Source of the DNA: Octopus vulgaris | Lineage: Eukaryota | Direction: 5' to 3' | Assembly: GCA_951406725.2 (NCBI GenBank) | Contig: OX597815.1 | Coordinates: 127,720,001 to 127,784,000, forward strand | DNA length: 64,000 nt | Shown: positions 51,015-64,000 of the stretch, piece by piece | How the letters are laid out: the number at the start of each line of letters is the position of its first letter | How positions within the stretch are numbered: position 1 is the first letter of the stretch | The notes under the pieces: model-generated | What the model saw: only the letters and a program-made list of their open reading frames with translations | Databases searched by the model: none | Told to the model about the DNA's origin: nothing | Made by a program: the position numbers and the translations under genes

Positions 51015-51970
51015 AAGTGTTGAAGTGCATCCCCTCACCAAGTTTGCATACATGAGACTGATAACGTCATAAGACTTGGAAAGCAGCTCCTTCTGCAACA
51101 TTCATTGTCTCATAACCTAGAATACATGCCCAAAGAAGTCGCACGACTCTACAGTAACATATCATCGGATGAAAGGATGAGCCTGTATGAGCAGAAGACT
51201 ATGCATGAGTGTTAGTAGAAAGCTCCAAAATGATAGTAACATTGATCATCAAAGCAGTTTATCATGGACCAATAGCCGGATTACTACCTCCCTCTTTAAA
51301 GGATATGTGTTTGCAATCCAGGAACGGGAAATATTAACCAAGTACCTGATGCACAAAAGGGATAGAGATGCAAGAAAAGCAGTAAAATGTGACAACCAAT
51401 GCATACTTTGTGTAGTTAACACAGATGATATCAGCCACATCATAAGTAGTTGTCTGAAAATATCATCATGGCATTATCTACCAATGAGACATGATGTTGT
51501 AGCTAGGACACTCTATAATGAAATCCATTGGAAGAATAACCCCAAGGCCAAAGAAATAAGAACCTACAGTATGGTAGAAGCCATAGCCACTCATAATAAA
51601 AAGGAATACTGATGGAATGTTCCAGTGAAGACCTCAATAAAATGTAAACACAGCAGACCTGATTTGAGATAGAGAAGAGAAACTGTGCACAGCTGTGGAA
51701 ATTAGCTGCCCAGCAGATGTTAACATAAAGCTGACAATCAGTGAAAATGAGAACACCTACACTGAACTATTGAGAAATCTGCAGTTACTCTATCCAGATT
51801 ACAAGTTCAGGTTTATACCTGTAATTCTTGGGGTCCTGAGATATATAACACACCACCTAAATACCAATCTTGAGAAATTAGGCTTCTCAAAATCAGAGAG
51901 GAGAAAGCAAATTCGAAAACTACAGATCAAATTTATCACTGGAACTGTAAAAATCTATAAAACTTTGTAG
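51015..51970 (+). mobile_element. Second R4/Dong-like copy, 5'-truncated; displaced 3' UTR at 56442-56617
   Basis: KGYVFAIQEREI, CILC...HIISSC...RHDVVA and EISCPADVNIK; homologous to 3982-4870. Confidence 0.82.
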
Positions 51971-52436
51971 TTGACCCTTCAATATATAACTTCCTAATCT
52001 CTCTCTCTCTCTCTCTCTCTCTGCCTTCGTTTCACCTTAATTCATCATCTAATTTTCTAAATGGAATCTCCTAAATTAACCCTTGCTTGTTCATGGTGGC
52101 TAAGTACTTTTCGTACTATTCTCTTATTCCTTCCCACTCACTATGGCTTCTTATGCTACTCTGTTACTATCATTGCTATTGTCTTCAGCACCCTCCATAA
52201 TGTCCACTTCCAGCCATAGCATGTCTATAAAACACTTACTCACAAGCTTTCTTCCCTGCTTTTCACACAACTCTTTCCAATGCAAACGTTTCTTAGATGC
52301 CCAGTTATGCATTGCTAAACTAAGATATTCTCTCATTTTTTCGACCTTTTCATGCATTCATCCATCATCACTATTAATACTTTAATGTGTATTTACTAAT
52401 ACCTGCTTTCATAAGCTAATTATTTAAAATGAAAAG

Positions 52437-52665
52437 AAGCGAGCTGGCAGAAATGTCAGCACGCTGGATGAAATGCTGGATGAAATGCTTAGCAGAAGTT
52501 CATCTGTCTTTACATTCTGAGTTCAATTTCCACCGAGATCAATTTTGCCTTTCATCCTTTTGAAGTCGATAAATTAAGTACCAGTTATGCACTGGGGTCA
52601 ATTTAATTGACTGAACTCCTCCCACCAAAATTTTGGGCCTTGTGCCTAGAGTAGAAAAGAATTAT
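52437..52665 (+). mobile_element. Family A (Nin-domain type) tRNA-derived SINE, near full length
   Basis: gagctggcagaa head, ttctgagttcaatttcc B-box, ttgcctttcatcctttt...gataaattaagtaccag core and ggccttgtgcc tail. Confidence 0.8.
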
Positions 52666-53099
52666 TTCAATTGACCGTTCAATATATTACTTCCTAATCT
52701 CTCTCCCTCAGCCTTCATTTCACCTTAATTCTTCATGTAATTTTCTTGATGAAATTTCAAGTTGACTACATATTTTTTCATACCAATTCTCTGAATCAAC
52801 CCTTGCTTGTTTGTTCCACCTTAATTCTTCATGTAATTTGTTTATTTCACCTTAATTCTTCATGTAATTTTCTAAATGAAATCTCCTAAATTAACCCTTG
52901 CTTTTTTGTGGTGCACCCACCCATTCCCAGCCCCACCACCAATACTTGATATCTCTCTCTTCTCTTACCACCAATACCGGATATCTCTCTCTTCTCCCAC
53001 TACCATTACGGGATCTCTCTTCTACCACCATTACCGGATCTCTCACTTCTCCTACCACCATCGTCAGATATCACTCTTCTCTCACAGGAAAACCTATCC

Positions 53100-56000
53100 C
53101 CTCTATCATACCTGCAATAGAGTGCTTAAGCTCAAACTAGTTCTGCAGAATAGTAAAGCCACAATTATCTCTGCCTATGCCCCACCAGTGGGCCTACCAA
53201 ACAATCAGAAGGACCACTTTTATGATACCCTTCTATAGGCTACCTTAAAGACGAGTGGCAATGACTTCATCTTTGTGGCTGGAAATTTTAATGGGCAAGT
53301 CAGATGGTAATATGGTATCTTCCACGGTATTCACAGGGGTCATAGAATTGGTTCCCGAAATGAAGAGGGAACTAGGCTACTAGAGTTCTGTGATGCATGC
53401 AACCTATTAATCTGCAACACTAACTTCAGGAAGCCAGACAGCCACCAGGTGACTTTGCTAGCCAAATCGATTTTATCCTCACCAGGCAGTGGGATGCAAG
53501 ATTGCTCTTAAATACAAAGACCCTTCCTGGTGAAGAATGCACCCCCCCCCCAGCATAGACTAGTCATGAGTCACATTATAGAAGGATGCCAGGAAGCAGA
53601 CCAATCCAGAAAAGAAGGCTTTGGAAGCTAAAGAATCCTTCACATATTCAGAGATTTAGGGACATCCTCTAATTTGATGAAAGGGAAGAAGAGCTAGACT
53701 TTGGACATAGAGGGTAACTGGGAATTCCCATAGGACAGCTTACTGAGCACCACAGATCAAATCTGTGGCTAGTGTAAAGTCCCTTCCAGACCTAGAGTAA
53801 CATGGTGGTGGAATAATACAGTAGACAAGGCCATTAGAGCAAACAAACAGGCCTGGAAAGCCTGGAAGAGTGGGGGTAGCAAGGAACTGTACCAGATAGC
53901 CAGAAGGGAGGCTGGGAGACAGGTATACAAAGCTAAGGGAGAGGCAGAAAAGAAGAGGTTTTCCGATGTTCAGCGATGTGAGGACCAAAGAACTGAAGTA
54001 TTTTGGATTGCAAGACAGTGTGTGAGAAAAAATTATGATGTCACAGGGGAGAAATGTGTCAGCATGGATGACGGTGCACTTACTTTTAAAGATTCTGCAA
54101 AGAAAGAGGCTTGGAGAAGCCATTACAAAAGACTGCTAAATGTGGAGAAGGAATGGAAGAAGGAGAGTCTGCTAAAGGTTGACCAAATTGAGAGACCAGC
54201 TACTTGAAACGACAGTGCCCAGGTAGATAAAGAAATTAAGGATATGAAGTTAAGAAAAGCACCCAGCCCATCAGGAATCATTGCTGAGATGCTTAAAATA
54301 TCTGGTGTTGTGTATTTTGGCCCAGTCACCTGTATTGTAAACCTGGTAGTTTACAAAGGAGTCGTACCCAATGACTGGTGTAGCAGCCCCATAGTCAACT
54401 GCTACAAACGTAATAGTGATACTTTAGATAGAAATAACTACAGGGGTATCAAACTGCTGGATCAGGTGATGAAGGTCATGAGAGGGTGATAGCCCAACTA
54501 ATTAAGGAGAGAGTTTGCAGTTTGGTTTTATGCCAGGTAGAAGCACCATTGATGCTATATTCCTGGTGTGGCAACTGCAGGAGAAATACCTAGCAAAAGA
54601 TAAACCCCTATACTTGGCTTTTGTTAACTTAGAGAAAGCCATTGACAGGGTGGGTAATGTGGAAACTAGGGATTGACAAGTGGTTAATAAGAGCTGTAGA
54701 AGACCTTTACAGGGATGCCGTTTGTAAGGTAAGGGTCGCCAATGATCATAGTGAAGAATTCCAGGTAGAAGTAGAGGTTCACCAAGGATCAGCCCTAAGG
54801 ACTCTCTTATTCATCATAGTCCTCCAGGTAATAACACAGGAATTCAAGACAAGTTGCCTCTGGAAGCTCCTCTATGCTGATGATCTTGATCTCATAGCAG
54901 AATCACTACAAGATCTAGAGAAGAAATTTCAGGTGGAAGCAAGATTTAGAATTGAAGGGCCTTAGATTCAATGTTGCAAAACCAAAGTCCCAGTAAGTAG
55001 AAAGGTGAACACATCACAAACCCCTTCAGGTAGATGGCCCTGCACAATCTGTAGAAAAGTTGTAGGTAGAAACTCCATAAGATGTACCCAGTGTAAGCTA
55101 TGGATGCATAAGAGGAGAAGCAACATCAAAGGAAGGTTAACTGGGAAGACAGCTTTTGTGTGCAGCGGATGCACAGGGGTAATAAACACCGCAGATGCTC
55201 AGAAAACTGATTCCATCACATGCCAAGGGAAGAAACTAGAAGTAGTTGATAGCTTCCTCTACCTAGGTGACCAAGTCTGTAGTGAGGGTGGATGCTCGGG
55301 CAGTGTTGCTACTAGAATAAGAATAGCCTGGACAAAGTTCAGAAAGCTGTACTGGTGACAAAGGCCACTTGCTGAGAGTGAAAGATAGATTGTACGATGC
55401 ATGTGTGCATACTGCCATGCTACATGGCAGTGAAACATGGGCTGTGACTGCTGAAGACATGCGCAGGCTTGAAAGAAATGAAGCTGGTATGATCCGCTGG
55501 ATATATAATGTCAGTGTGTGCACACGACAGAGTGTAAGCACCCTTAGAGAAATGTTGGACATAAGAAGCATCAGATGTGATGTGTAAGTGAGACCACTGT
55601 GATGGTATGGTTATGTGCTGCATATGGATGAGGAGAGCTCAGTGAAGAAGTGTCACCTCCTAAGAGTGAAAGGAACCCATGGAGGAGGGAGATCCAGGAA
55701 GACATGGGACGAGGTAGTGAAGCATGACCTTCGAATGTTGGGCAATGATGAAAGACCGAGACCTCTGGAGATACTGTGATTGAGAAGACCAAGCAAGTAA
55801 AGTGACACCACAGCCATAGCCTACACCAGTGTCGCATAACCAGCCCATTTAAAAAGTATCTTTGAATCGTTGGGCGATATTCCGTGCATGAAGAGACCTA
55901 TTGAGTCAAGTAAAATCAAATCACAATCAAATGGAAATTGTAGTTGTGGCAGCTGCCAGTGCCATCTGGCTGGCTCCCATGCTGGTGGCACGCAATAAGC

Positions 56001-56440
56001 ACCATCCATGCATGGGTTATTGCCATTGCTACCTTACTGGCTCCCTGTGCTGGTGGCATGTAAAAAGCACCATTCAAACATGATTGATGCTAGCCTCCCT
56101 GCCCCAACTGGCTCCTGTGCTGGTAGCATGTAAAAAGCACCATCCAAACATGATTGATGCTAGTCTCCCACCCCAACTGGATCCTGTGCCGGTAGCATGT
56201 AAAAAGCACCATCCGAACATGGCCGATGCCAATGCCACCTGATTGGTTCCCATGCTGGTGGCATGTAAAAAGCACCCACTACGCTCTTAGAGTGGTTGTG
56301 TTAGGAAGGGCATCCAGCTGTAGAAACACTGCCAGATCAGACTAGTGCCTGGTGCAGCCTCCTGACTTGCCAATCCCCAGTCAAACCATCCAACCCATGC
56401 CAGCATGGAAAACGGATGTTAAACGATGATGATGATGATG
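53100..56440 (+). mobile_element. Near full-length decayed RTE LINE (family R): APE, RT, PHD-like finger, 3' UTR array
   Basis: SAYAP, AGNFNG, NYRGIKLL, HQGS, LLYADDL, CTIC...CTQC...H...CSGC, FLYLGD, a 5-unit array and a (gat)n tail. Confidence 0.92.
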
Positions 56441-56614
56441 AAGAGCATGTCTAGATATGCAACTATGTGCATGAGAATACATGCATAAGGCAGAATTACA
56501 AATCTGCACATACACATACATACAAACAAAATTACCCTGTTGTTGATGTTGGATCTAGGTTAGAAACTGGCTTTTTCTCTATTGGCAAGAAATCTTGAAA
56601 TAAAACTGAACAAT

Positions 56615-56651
<37 letters not shown>

Positions 56652-57309
56652 ACACATTTCCTCTGTTACTCTTCTACTCTTGGACACATTTTGGCTGCAA
56701 TCTGTGTACATACTGGGATACTGACATTGATGTTGCTACAATTTAATTAACCTTCATTCTTTGAAGCTGCAACTCTCATTTGCATTATTTACTATGAAGT
56801 AGGTTCATCAGGAATATCAGATAACAAGACATCCAGTTGTCTTTTAAAAACATTTATATCCACACCAAAAAGATTTCCCAAGCTTTTTGGCAAAAATGTG
56901 AAGTGCAATGGACCTTTGAAACCTAAACAATGCACTATTTGGTTCAAACTTTACATAGCAAAGGTTGAACTTTTGGCATTGTGCACTAGTGTCCTTTACA
57001 AGGACTTTTGTAGTTTTCAATGACAAAGGTTGTTTCAAGCCCTTTGAAGTTCTTCAAGATGTATATCTTTCTAATCTTCACTTCAAGGAAGTCAGTAATT
57101 CCTCTGATGCATTGAGGCAAATATCATGGTGTAGTAGCATTAGATTGCTTCAAGTTATGAGGTTAATTTCATTCAATGTGCTTACAATAATTGAGAGAGG
57201 CATATACAGAGCATGATGGGTATTTCAGAAAATTTACTTATCGGTATATTATTTTCTTCAAAGCAGTTAAAAAGGTTGTTTTTTCTAGATCCATCATAGT
57301 AAATAACAT

Positions 57310-58420
57310 GTTAACATGAGAAATGAAAAGATATGCATTCATTGTGTAGAACAAAGTGATTTAGAAATTGCCAACTGTCCAAATGTTGCAAGATCCTCCC
57401 ATCACTCTTCTAACTATGGCACTACTCATCCCTATCAATATGTACTTTCCACTGATCAGCCCTCTTTCCTCCTACCCTTTCGATTTCCCTCATCTTTAAC
57501 AACTCTTAGATATATTTTACAATCTTTTTTATTATACAAAGTTCAGATGGAATTGAAAGACTCTGGCAGAATGTTTCAATTGTATCAAAGAGGAAAAAAA
57601 AAATTCTAAATGTTCAGACATAATAAGGATACCATAATTCATCCAACAGGCGCAAAACATTGATGATTCTGAAAACATTGAGGCTCACCACCAAAGAACC
57701 ATAGGTGTTGGAATGGATTATCAAAATCGTGGTCCACAAAGACATTTAATACAAGTCATATGTACTGAGGAGAAGCTGATTTATGTCAGCGAAAACAGGA
57801 AAACCATTTGATCTATGCCAAGTGGTTACTTAACGAGGCTAGAACCCTCACAAACATAGCATGTTTTGTTCTTCTTTAATGAGAAAAACTTCAGTATGTG
57901 CAGATCCTTCTGTTATTCATTGAGTAATGAACAATAAGTTTCCAGCAACTGTGACGGTTTTAGGAGTGGTGAGTAATGAAGGTCATGTCACACAACTTCA
58001 CATCTTTTAACAAGATATTAGAATTAAAGCTGTTGGATACATCGAAGTGTGGAAGACATTTGTTAAGCCTTGGATAGGTGAAGTGTCCAGTGAAAGGCCA
58101 TGCATATTTCAACAAGACTCAGTACCATCTAACAAAATCCAAGAATCAATGCCAGACAATCTAGACAATCTTTAGTCATATGGCACCTATCTTGTGACAT
58201 ACACAATCACTAGATTTAAATCCCATTGATTACATTTGGGTTATTGTTGCAAGGGAGACTAATCAATTTACTCAAGATATCACAGCTTCACTGAATACTG
58301 CCATTGTCCAGGTGATGTCCAAAAAAAGGCCTGTTTAGTGTAGATATGTCAAAAATCTGTGACTCGCATTGAAACAGTCATCAAAGTTGAAGGCATGTTC
58401 TTAGAATAATCTTATAAAAA
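57310..58420 (+). mobile_element. Highly decayed Tc1/mariner (maT/DD37D-like) remnant
   Basis: Remnants SDLEIA..NVARS, FFFNEKNF, FQQDSVPS and DLNPIDY. Confidence 0.55.
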
Positions 58421-58699
58421 TGCTTATTGAGAGAGAACTTGTGCAGGAATTTTTATTAAAATACATTTGGCTTTTGTTAGATTAGAGTTATTTATTGAAT
58501 TACCCCCCTATGAACATACATACCTACTTACAAATCTAACAAGCCCCCCCCACACACACACACACACATACAAAAGCATCTCTTTTACCTTTGTAACAAT
58601 TGACTATGACACCTTCCTGTAAAATCTAATTAACTACAGGGGTTAGTACACTTGCATCCTGAGCAGTTTTTAAGAATTTCAGCAGTAATTCCTAGAAAA

Positions 58700-59330
58700 A
58701 GTAGTCTTTGTAAATGGAAGATGCACAGGGGGAATAAACACTTGAGGCATACAGGAAAGAGATTTTCTCAAATGCCAAGGAGGTTCTCTAGAGACATAGA
58801 TAATTTCTGCTATCTAGGTGGCTTAACTAGCAGTGAAGCAAGATATTTTGAATGTTTAATTATTAGAATAAGAATAGGACAGTGAATGTTCAGAGGACTA
58901 TTAACTCCCAGAGTGAAAGTCCGATTGTATGATGCTTGGGCATGAAATGCAATGCTATTTGGTATGAGATGTGGGCACTGAACACAGAGGACATGTGAAG
59001 ACTGGAGAAGAATGGAGGGGATATGCTCCCTTGGATCTACATCAATGTGCATGTACTATAAAGAGTAAATGTGTTAAGAGAAAAATAAGGTATAAGAAGA
59101 ATCAGAAGTAGCATATAAGAAACAAGACTGTGATAGTTTGGTCATGTGATGGATATAGATGAAGACACCTGTATAAAGAAATGCCAATTGTTTAAAATGG
59201 ATGGAAATAATAAAAGAAGGAAACCCAGGAAGACGTGGGATAAGGTAGCAAAGGCTGGTCTCAGGATACTGAGCCTCACAGAATAGATGAGAAAGGACCA
59301 AGATGAACAACAGTTCATTGTATTCAAGAA
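58700..59330 (+). mobile_element. Old RTE (family R) fragment
   Basis: NFCYLGG, RIRIG, tttggtcatgtgatg and aaacccaggaagacgtgggat. Confidence 0.7.
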
Positions 59331-61165
59331 CTGTGAATCATGGTGAAAATGAAATGCTAAAAGCATTATGCCTGTATATGTTAGGCCCTGAAACCAATCT
59401 ACCCACATCAAGCATTCCCTTACATCTCATCTTTCTTGCATCCATTCTCCCATCACTCTTCTATAGCACTACTCAGCGCTATAATCATTTGAGAGCAGAA
59501 TCAGCACATATTTCATCCTCCTTTTACTCTATTAGTTACCTCCTTCTTCCTCTGGAACCACTTCTTTTTAAACTCCAGTCCTGATTTTCATTATCATCCC
59601 AGTCAATGTACAATTTCCACTAATCAACCCTTTTTCAGTACCATCAATTTTTCTTCCCCACCTCTGATTTCCCTCATCTTTTACAAGTGTGATATCAGGT
59701 ATCTTTTTCTCATATCTGCTATTGATGACAGCCCCAACTCCCTAATCACTTCTGTCTTCCCACTCACTTTAGCCTCTAACCTCCATCTCTACGACTGTCA
59801 CTTGCCTTCCATCCCCATCCAATTTCAAAATTTGCACAGCATCTTATTACTTCTGATTTGTCCACCTATTTATGATACTGCTACTCTCCATACCTCCTAT
59901 GCTGCTGCTTATCACTCTTCCTTTCTGAGCCACTTCTATTTCTCTCACTCTCCCACTTCAATACTGATATTTACTATCAGCTACACCTCCACCCTTGTTC
60001 ATCACTCACTACAGCTAATTCCAGCCCCATCTCTACCTGTCAATATTCTCTCATACTCTTATGAAATTACCCTTCTGGTCCTCTTCCCTCCTGATCTACT
60101 ACCTATTTTCTCCTTCATATTTACCTTCTTATATTTTGAGAGTATACTCTGGCACTCATCCCCACCATCCTTATCTCCCAGCTACTATCACTCACCCTCA
60201 TGTGAAATAGGGTAACCATGTATCTCCTCTATAGCAAAATACCTCTGCTTGTCACTCTATCATACTTCTGCCTCCAATACCAGCCATAAAGTCACCTCAT
60301 TTCTCAAATACATGTCCACTCAGTCGAGGAGACATTTTCTTTGTTTTCTTTTTTGTCTTGCAACTTCACCATTGGTTGTGCCATAAAAAAGTACTCAATA
60401 CACACTGTAAAGTGACTGACACTAGGAAGGGTATCCAGCCATAGAAATTATGCCAAAGTTGACATTGGAACTTACTGCCAAACTGTCCAGCCTATACCAG
60501 CAAATAAAATGAACATTAAATGATGATGATGATGATGATGATGACAACAGTGACAACAATGATGATGATGATGACAACGGTGACAACAATGATGATGATG
60601 ATGTATGTATGTTTGTATAAGTATGTGTTTGTGTGAATGTATGGAAGTGAGTTCATATTTCCCTTTTTCTTGATATCTTTGCTGCCATTAGCAAAGCATG
60701 TCCAAACTATTTGTTGTTAAAGAAACTGCAAAATTATTTTCTTTGAAAATATGTGAGAGTTGAGCTTCTCATTGAAATTCATATACTTTTAGTGCAAGCA
60801 GAAAGAATAAAGAGAAAGGAACTGATTTGTTTGACCAGACAGACATTGTTCATTGTCCTCTTACCATGCTGGCATGGGTGGGACGGTTTGACTGGAGCAG
60901 GTGAATCTGGAGCCTGTGCTATGCTTCTGTGTGTGTTGTTTTGGCATGGTTTTTATGGTTGGATGCCCTTCTTAAAATCAATATTCCGTTCAGTGGGCTG
61001 GTCTACAAAATTTCAACTTAAAACCATAAAATAAATATAGAAAACTTAAGAACTTACTACAGATGTGACATGTGTGTATGAATGTGTATATATATTATAC
61101 TGTTACCATTTCATATCAATAAGAATGGAAACCCACGAAAAGATAATTTAAGTTTAAATACTTAC

Positions 61166-61285
61166 AAATACTTCTACTGTATATTCAAAAAAGTTTCTTG
61201 TTTCATAGTCCAGTGCTTTTACTACTGTGATGAAACCATTATATTTATCTTCAATTTTCATGTAGTCTTCAATTCCTTTTGAATT
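61166..61285 (-). CDS. Cadherin exon 1 in window (NSKGIEDYMKIEDKYNGFITVVKALDYETRNFFEYTVEVF)
   Basis: Acceptor ttacttgtag, donor gtaagt, 120 nt, phase 0/0; LDYE motif; joins in frame to the DGNF exon. Upstream exons lie outside the window. Confidence 0.92.
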
Positions 61286-61779
61286 CTACAAGTAAAAGAA
61301 AATGAAATGTTTAAGTTTCATTATTTGTTTTTTTATTTGTTTAATAATGTGTGTATTTACTTGTTAATCATTATTAATATTTCAGTAGTCTTTTTTAATT
61401 TGCTTTCAAGGCACAATCAACCACAGTCCTGGTTGCCTTAAAGTACATGCAATGATTTGTTTAATATTTGTCTTACATTGCATTAAGTGTTCCATATAAT
61501 ATGTATGCAGTACATAGTAGTGAGATTTCTGTATATAGCATGAACATGTATGTGTGTGTGTGAGAGAGAGAGAATTCTGGTGTTTTGGTTATGTATTCAT
61601 CATGCATCTATTCTTTGTATTATCTCAAGGTTGCTGATATTATGGGGGATTGTTTGTTTTCAATCACATTATACTTATAGACATCTCTTCTTGTATGTCT
61701 TCATACCTGGAAAGTGACCTTATTTCTTTCTGTTAGGATGCCTTTTTTTTTTGGTTTTTTCCTTCTTTCTTGGGGTTAT

Positions 61780-64000
61780 TTAACTTAATATCACTGCTTG
61801 TGTAAATCTATATGTACAGTCACTTTCACCTTCTGTAGAATCCTTTTGTAGTGTATATTTGCACCACGTCTTTCCTTCAATGATTTCACAATAATGGCAT
61901 AATGTCAAATGTATGAAACCTCCAATTCTGTCAGGTATGCATATATTCCCTTTTGTCATAGACTGCACTAATTATTTCTTTACAACCTCCACATATTTTA
62001 CATTTCCAACTTCGTTACAAGTTTTTGCAGTTTCTGGTGTGTTGCTTTGTTCTTGTGCCACAAATCAAAAACAATTTAGTCTCAGCTGTAAGTTCTAAGC
62101 TTCTCAGCCAGTCCTGAGTTTTCCCTATTATTTATTGTCCTCTTTCTTCTTTTCAGCCTTTTCATCTATTGGCCATGTAGTGTCTTTCCTTTGCATCATT
62201 TTATCATGCTAGTTCTCTATCTCCATTTTGAACTTTTTGTTTCCACAATATCTCTTGTTATTTTTCTATCACCCTCACAGCTGAAGGTTATTTCAACCTC
62301 AATTTTGTAGTTAATGGTCTGATAAGAAACAAAAAGCAGGTTTGCTTTTATTCTTGTTCATCTTTTGTCACCCTTTGTATTAGTCTCCTTTTATTCTTAA
62401 ATAATTTTGTAGTCCCACATTTGATATCTTATAATAGTTTTCTACATGCATAATACCCCTATATCCCTGTATTCATGGTCAATATAATATTCGTATGTCA
62501 GATTTTGAGTGGCATATTCTAAATACAAATCATTATTTCCAGTCTGGTCTAACCAAATCATTTAGCATCCAGTTGAGAATATTAAGCTATAACTAATTAC
62601 CAATACAGCAAAAGTATTGATGTGCATGAACTTTTTTAAGAATTAATCTAATAAATTTGTAATATTCTACCCTAACATTTTCTTTCATTTGTACATAGCA
62701 AGTTATCTGCTAATTATAAATCTGTCTCAATTTAACATTTATTTAGGTATAACATGGTATGTCTATATTTTATATATTTCCCTCACTTTTTAGGTGGCTT
62801 TGGTACATTGTTTTAAAAGGTATTTTGTACTAATCTCCATATTAAAGCTGTACACCATGTCTCACATGCAAGGTTTCTTGCTTTTCATGTGCAGAATACA
62901 ACTTGAGTACATTAACTTTTAACATTGCATTGAAACTTTTCAAAGTTAAAATCTCAGTGCTGTAATAACTGAGCAGAACATATTTGCAAATGGGTTTGTT
63001 TATTCAAATGTTTATAAGTCTTTCATTATGGCTAGATTATTGTCAAGATAGACAGTATTGTAGAAAAGACTTAGTCTTATTTGTGTTGAATTTTATGTAT
63101 ACAAATGAGATTGGTAATTAATATCATAATATTAACTGAAAACAGATACAATATTTAAAAAATGATGAAAAGAAAGATATTGGTAATAAATATGGGCATA
63201 CAAATATCACAAACAAAATACGTGCATTTTCCAGCAGATTTTTAAGTTCATTATTGTTAGCCCAATGATAAATATACCCAAGTCTGCCCAAATTTCAAAG
63301 CATTAGAAGAAAGTGATAGATCCTTATAGCTTCTTAGTTGTACTGTTGAAATCACAAGAAGAAAAAATTGAGAAAAGATATTCAACAAAACAAAAAGGCT
63401 CACTGTCTAAACATTCTTCAGATAATATTTTGTTCAAGTTACTCAATGAAGAATTAGACAGATCAAAGTCAGATATTGAGTGTGCATGAAAGAGATATAT
63501 TCCTCTAGTTATCACCTTCAAAAACTTATCTGCTATAACCATTTTTAAAATTAAGTTTCTATAAAACAGAGTCTAGGAAAAAATCACAAAAATTCAGCAA
63601 CACATTGAGTTGATGCTAATAACAAGCATTGCAAAACATAAATGATTTTCTTTGATTAGAGAGTTCATAACCTTCTTTACAACAAACGTAAACGAAGATG
63701 GTTTGGTCCTATTTGTTTCATGTTGTATAGAATGTTAAGAGTTAATATATAACAGAAAGTTGTTATCGAAATACTTATACCCATAGTCAGTCTGGCTTAG
63801 CATTTATTCCAGAGGAACATGCAGAAAAGGTATGAGGACAGAGAGTCTACGTGGAATATTCTTCTTCTAATAGCAATGTAGTTCATTTTTATGTTTACCT
63901 CTTCTGTTTGAATCTCCAAATTTATTTCTCATTCATTTCACATGGTTGGTGTATTCACTTGTGATTGGTTAATGTTTCAAGAATCAATGAGTGGAGAACA
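61780..64000 (-). mobile_element. Very old R4-like non-LTR remnant, interrupted at about 63100-63770
   Basis: Minus-strand IRRRIFHVDSLSSYLFC (RRGIFQGDSLSPLLFC-like) near 63830-63875 and HSKSDIRILY...RGIMHVE near 62440-62515. Confidence 0.5.

Noticed and set aside
59400-60300. Pyrimidine-rich ORFs (59303-59584, 59802-60215)
   Set aside because: Low-complexity sequence with no protein motif, resembling other repeat-associated C/T-rich tracts such as 39670-39990.
7425-61285. Clustered protocadherin interpretation
   Set aside because: The ectodomain is split over many small exons, there are no tandem paralogues, and the motifs fit Cad87A/CDHR-type cadherins.
63324-63542. 72-aa minus-strand ORF
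   Set aside because: No recognisable domain or splice context; probably another decayed insertion.

Overview
AT-rich, microsatellite-dense eukaryotic DNA whose repeat families resemble those of octopus genomes; the species is inferred, not shown. The only host gene I can support is an intron-rich cadherin on the minus strand. Ten GT-AG exons between 61285 and 7425 splice in phase into 494 codons covering about 4.5 extracellular cadherin repeats of the Cad87A/CDH23/CDHR type, with both ends of the gene outside the window. The introns are filled with mobile elements: a young full-length CsRn1/Kabuki-clade Gypsy element (17439-23067), a decayed second Gypsy, many RTE LINE pieces, CR1, R4/Dong-like and HERO-like non-LTR elements, Penelope-like remnants, a DD36E Tc1 element, mariner/maT/hAT remnants and tRNA-derived SINEs. 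Two things stand out. First, three different hammerhead ribozyme motifs lie within 4 kb, in inverted-repeat Penelope-type elements and all in the sense of the cadherin pre-mRNA; one has a U3-A8 compensatory core variant. Second, the Gypsy LTR carries a perfect five-unit heat-shock element next to CRE, kappaB, NRF1 and MRE motifs. Most short ORFs in the supplied track are microsatellite or TE artefacts. Boundaries of decayed TEs are approximate.
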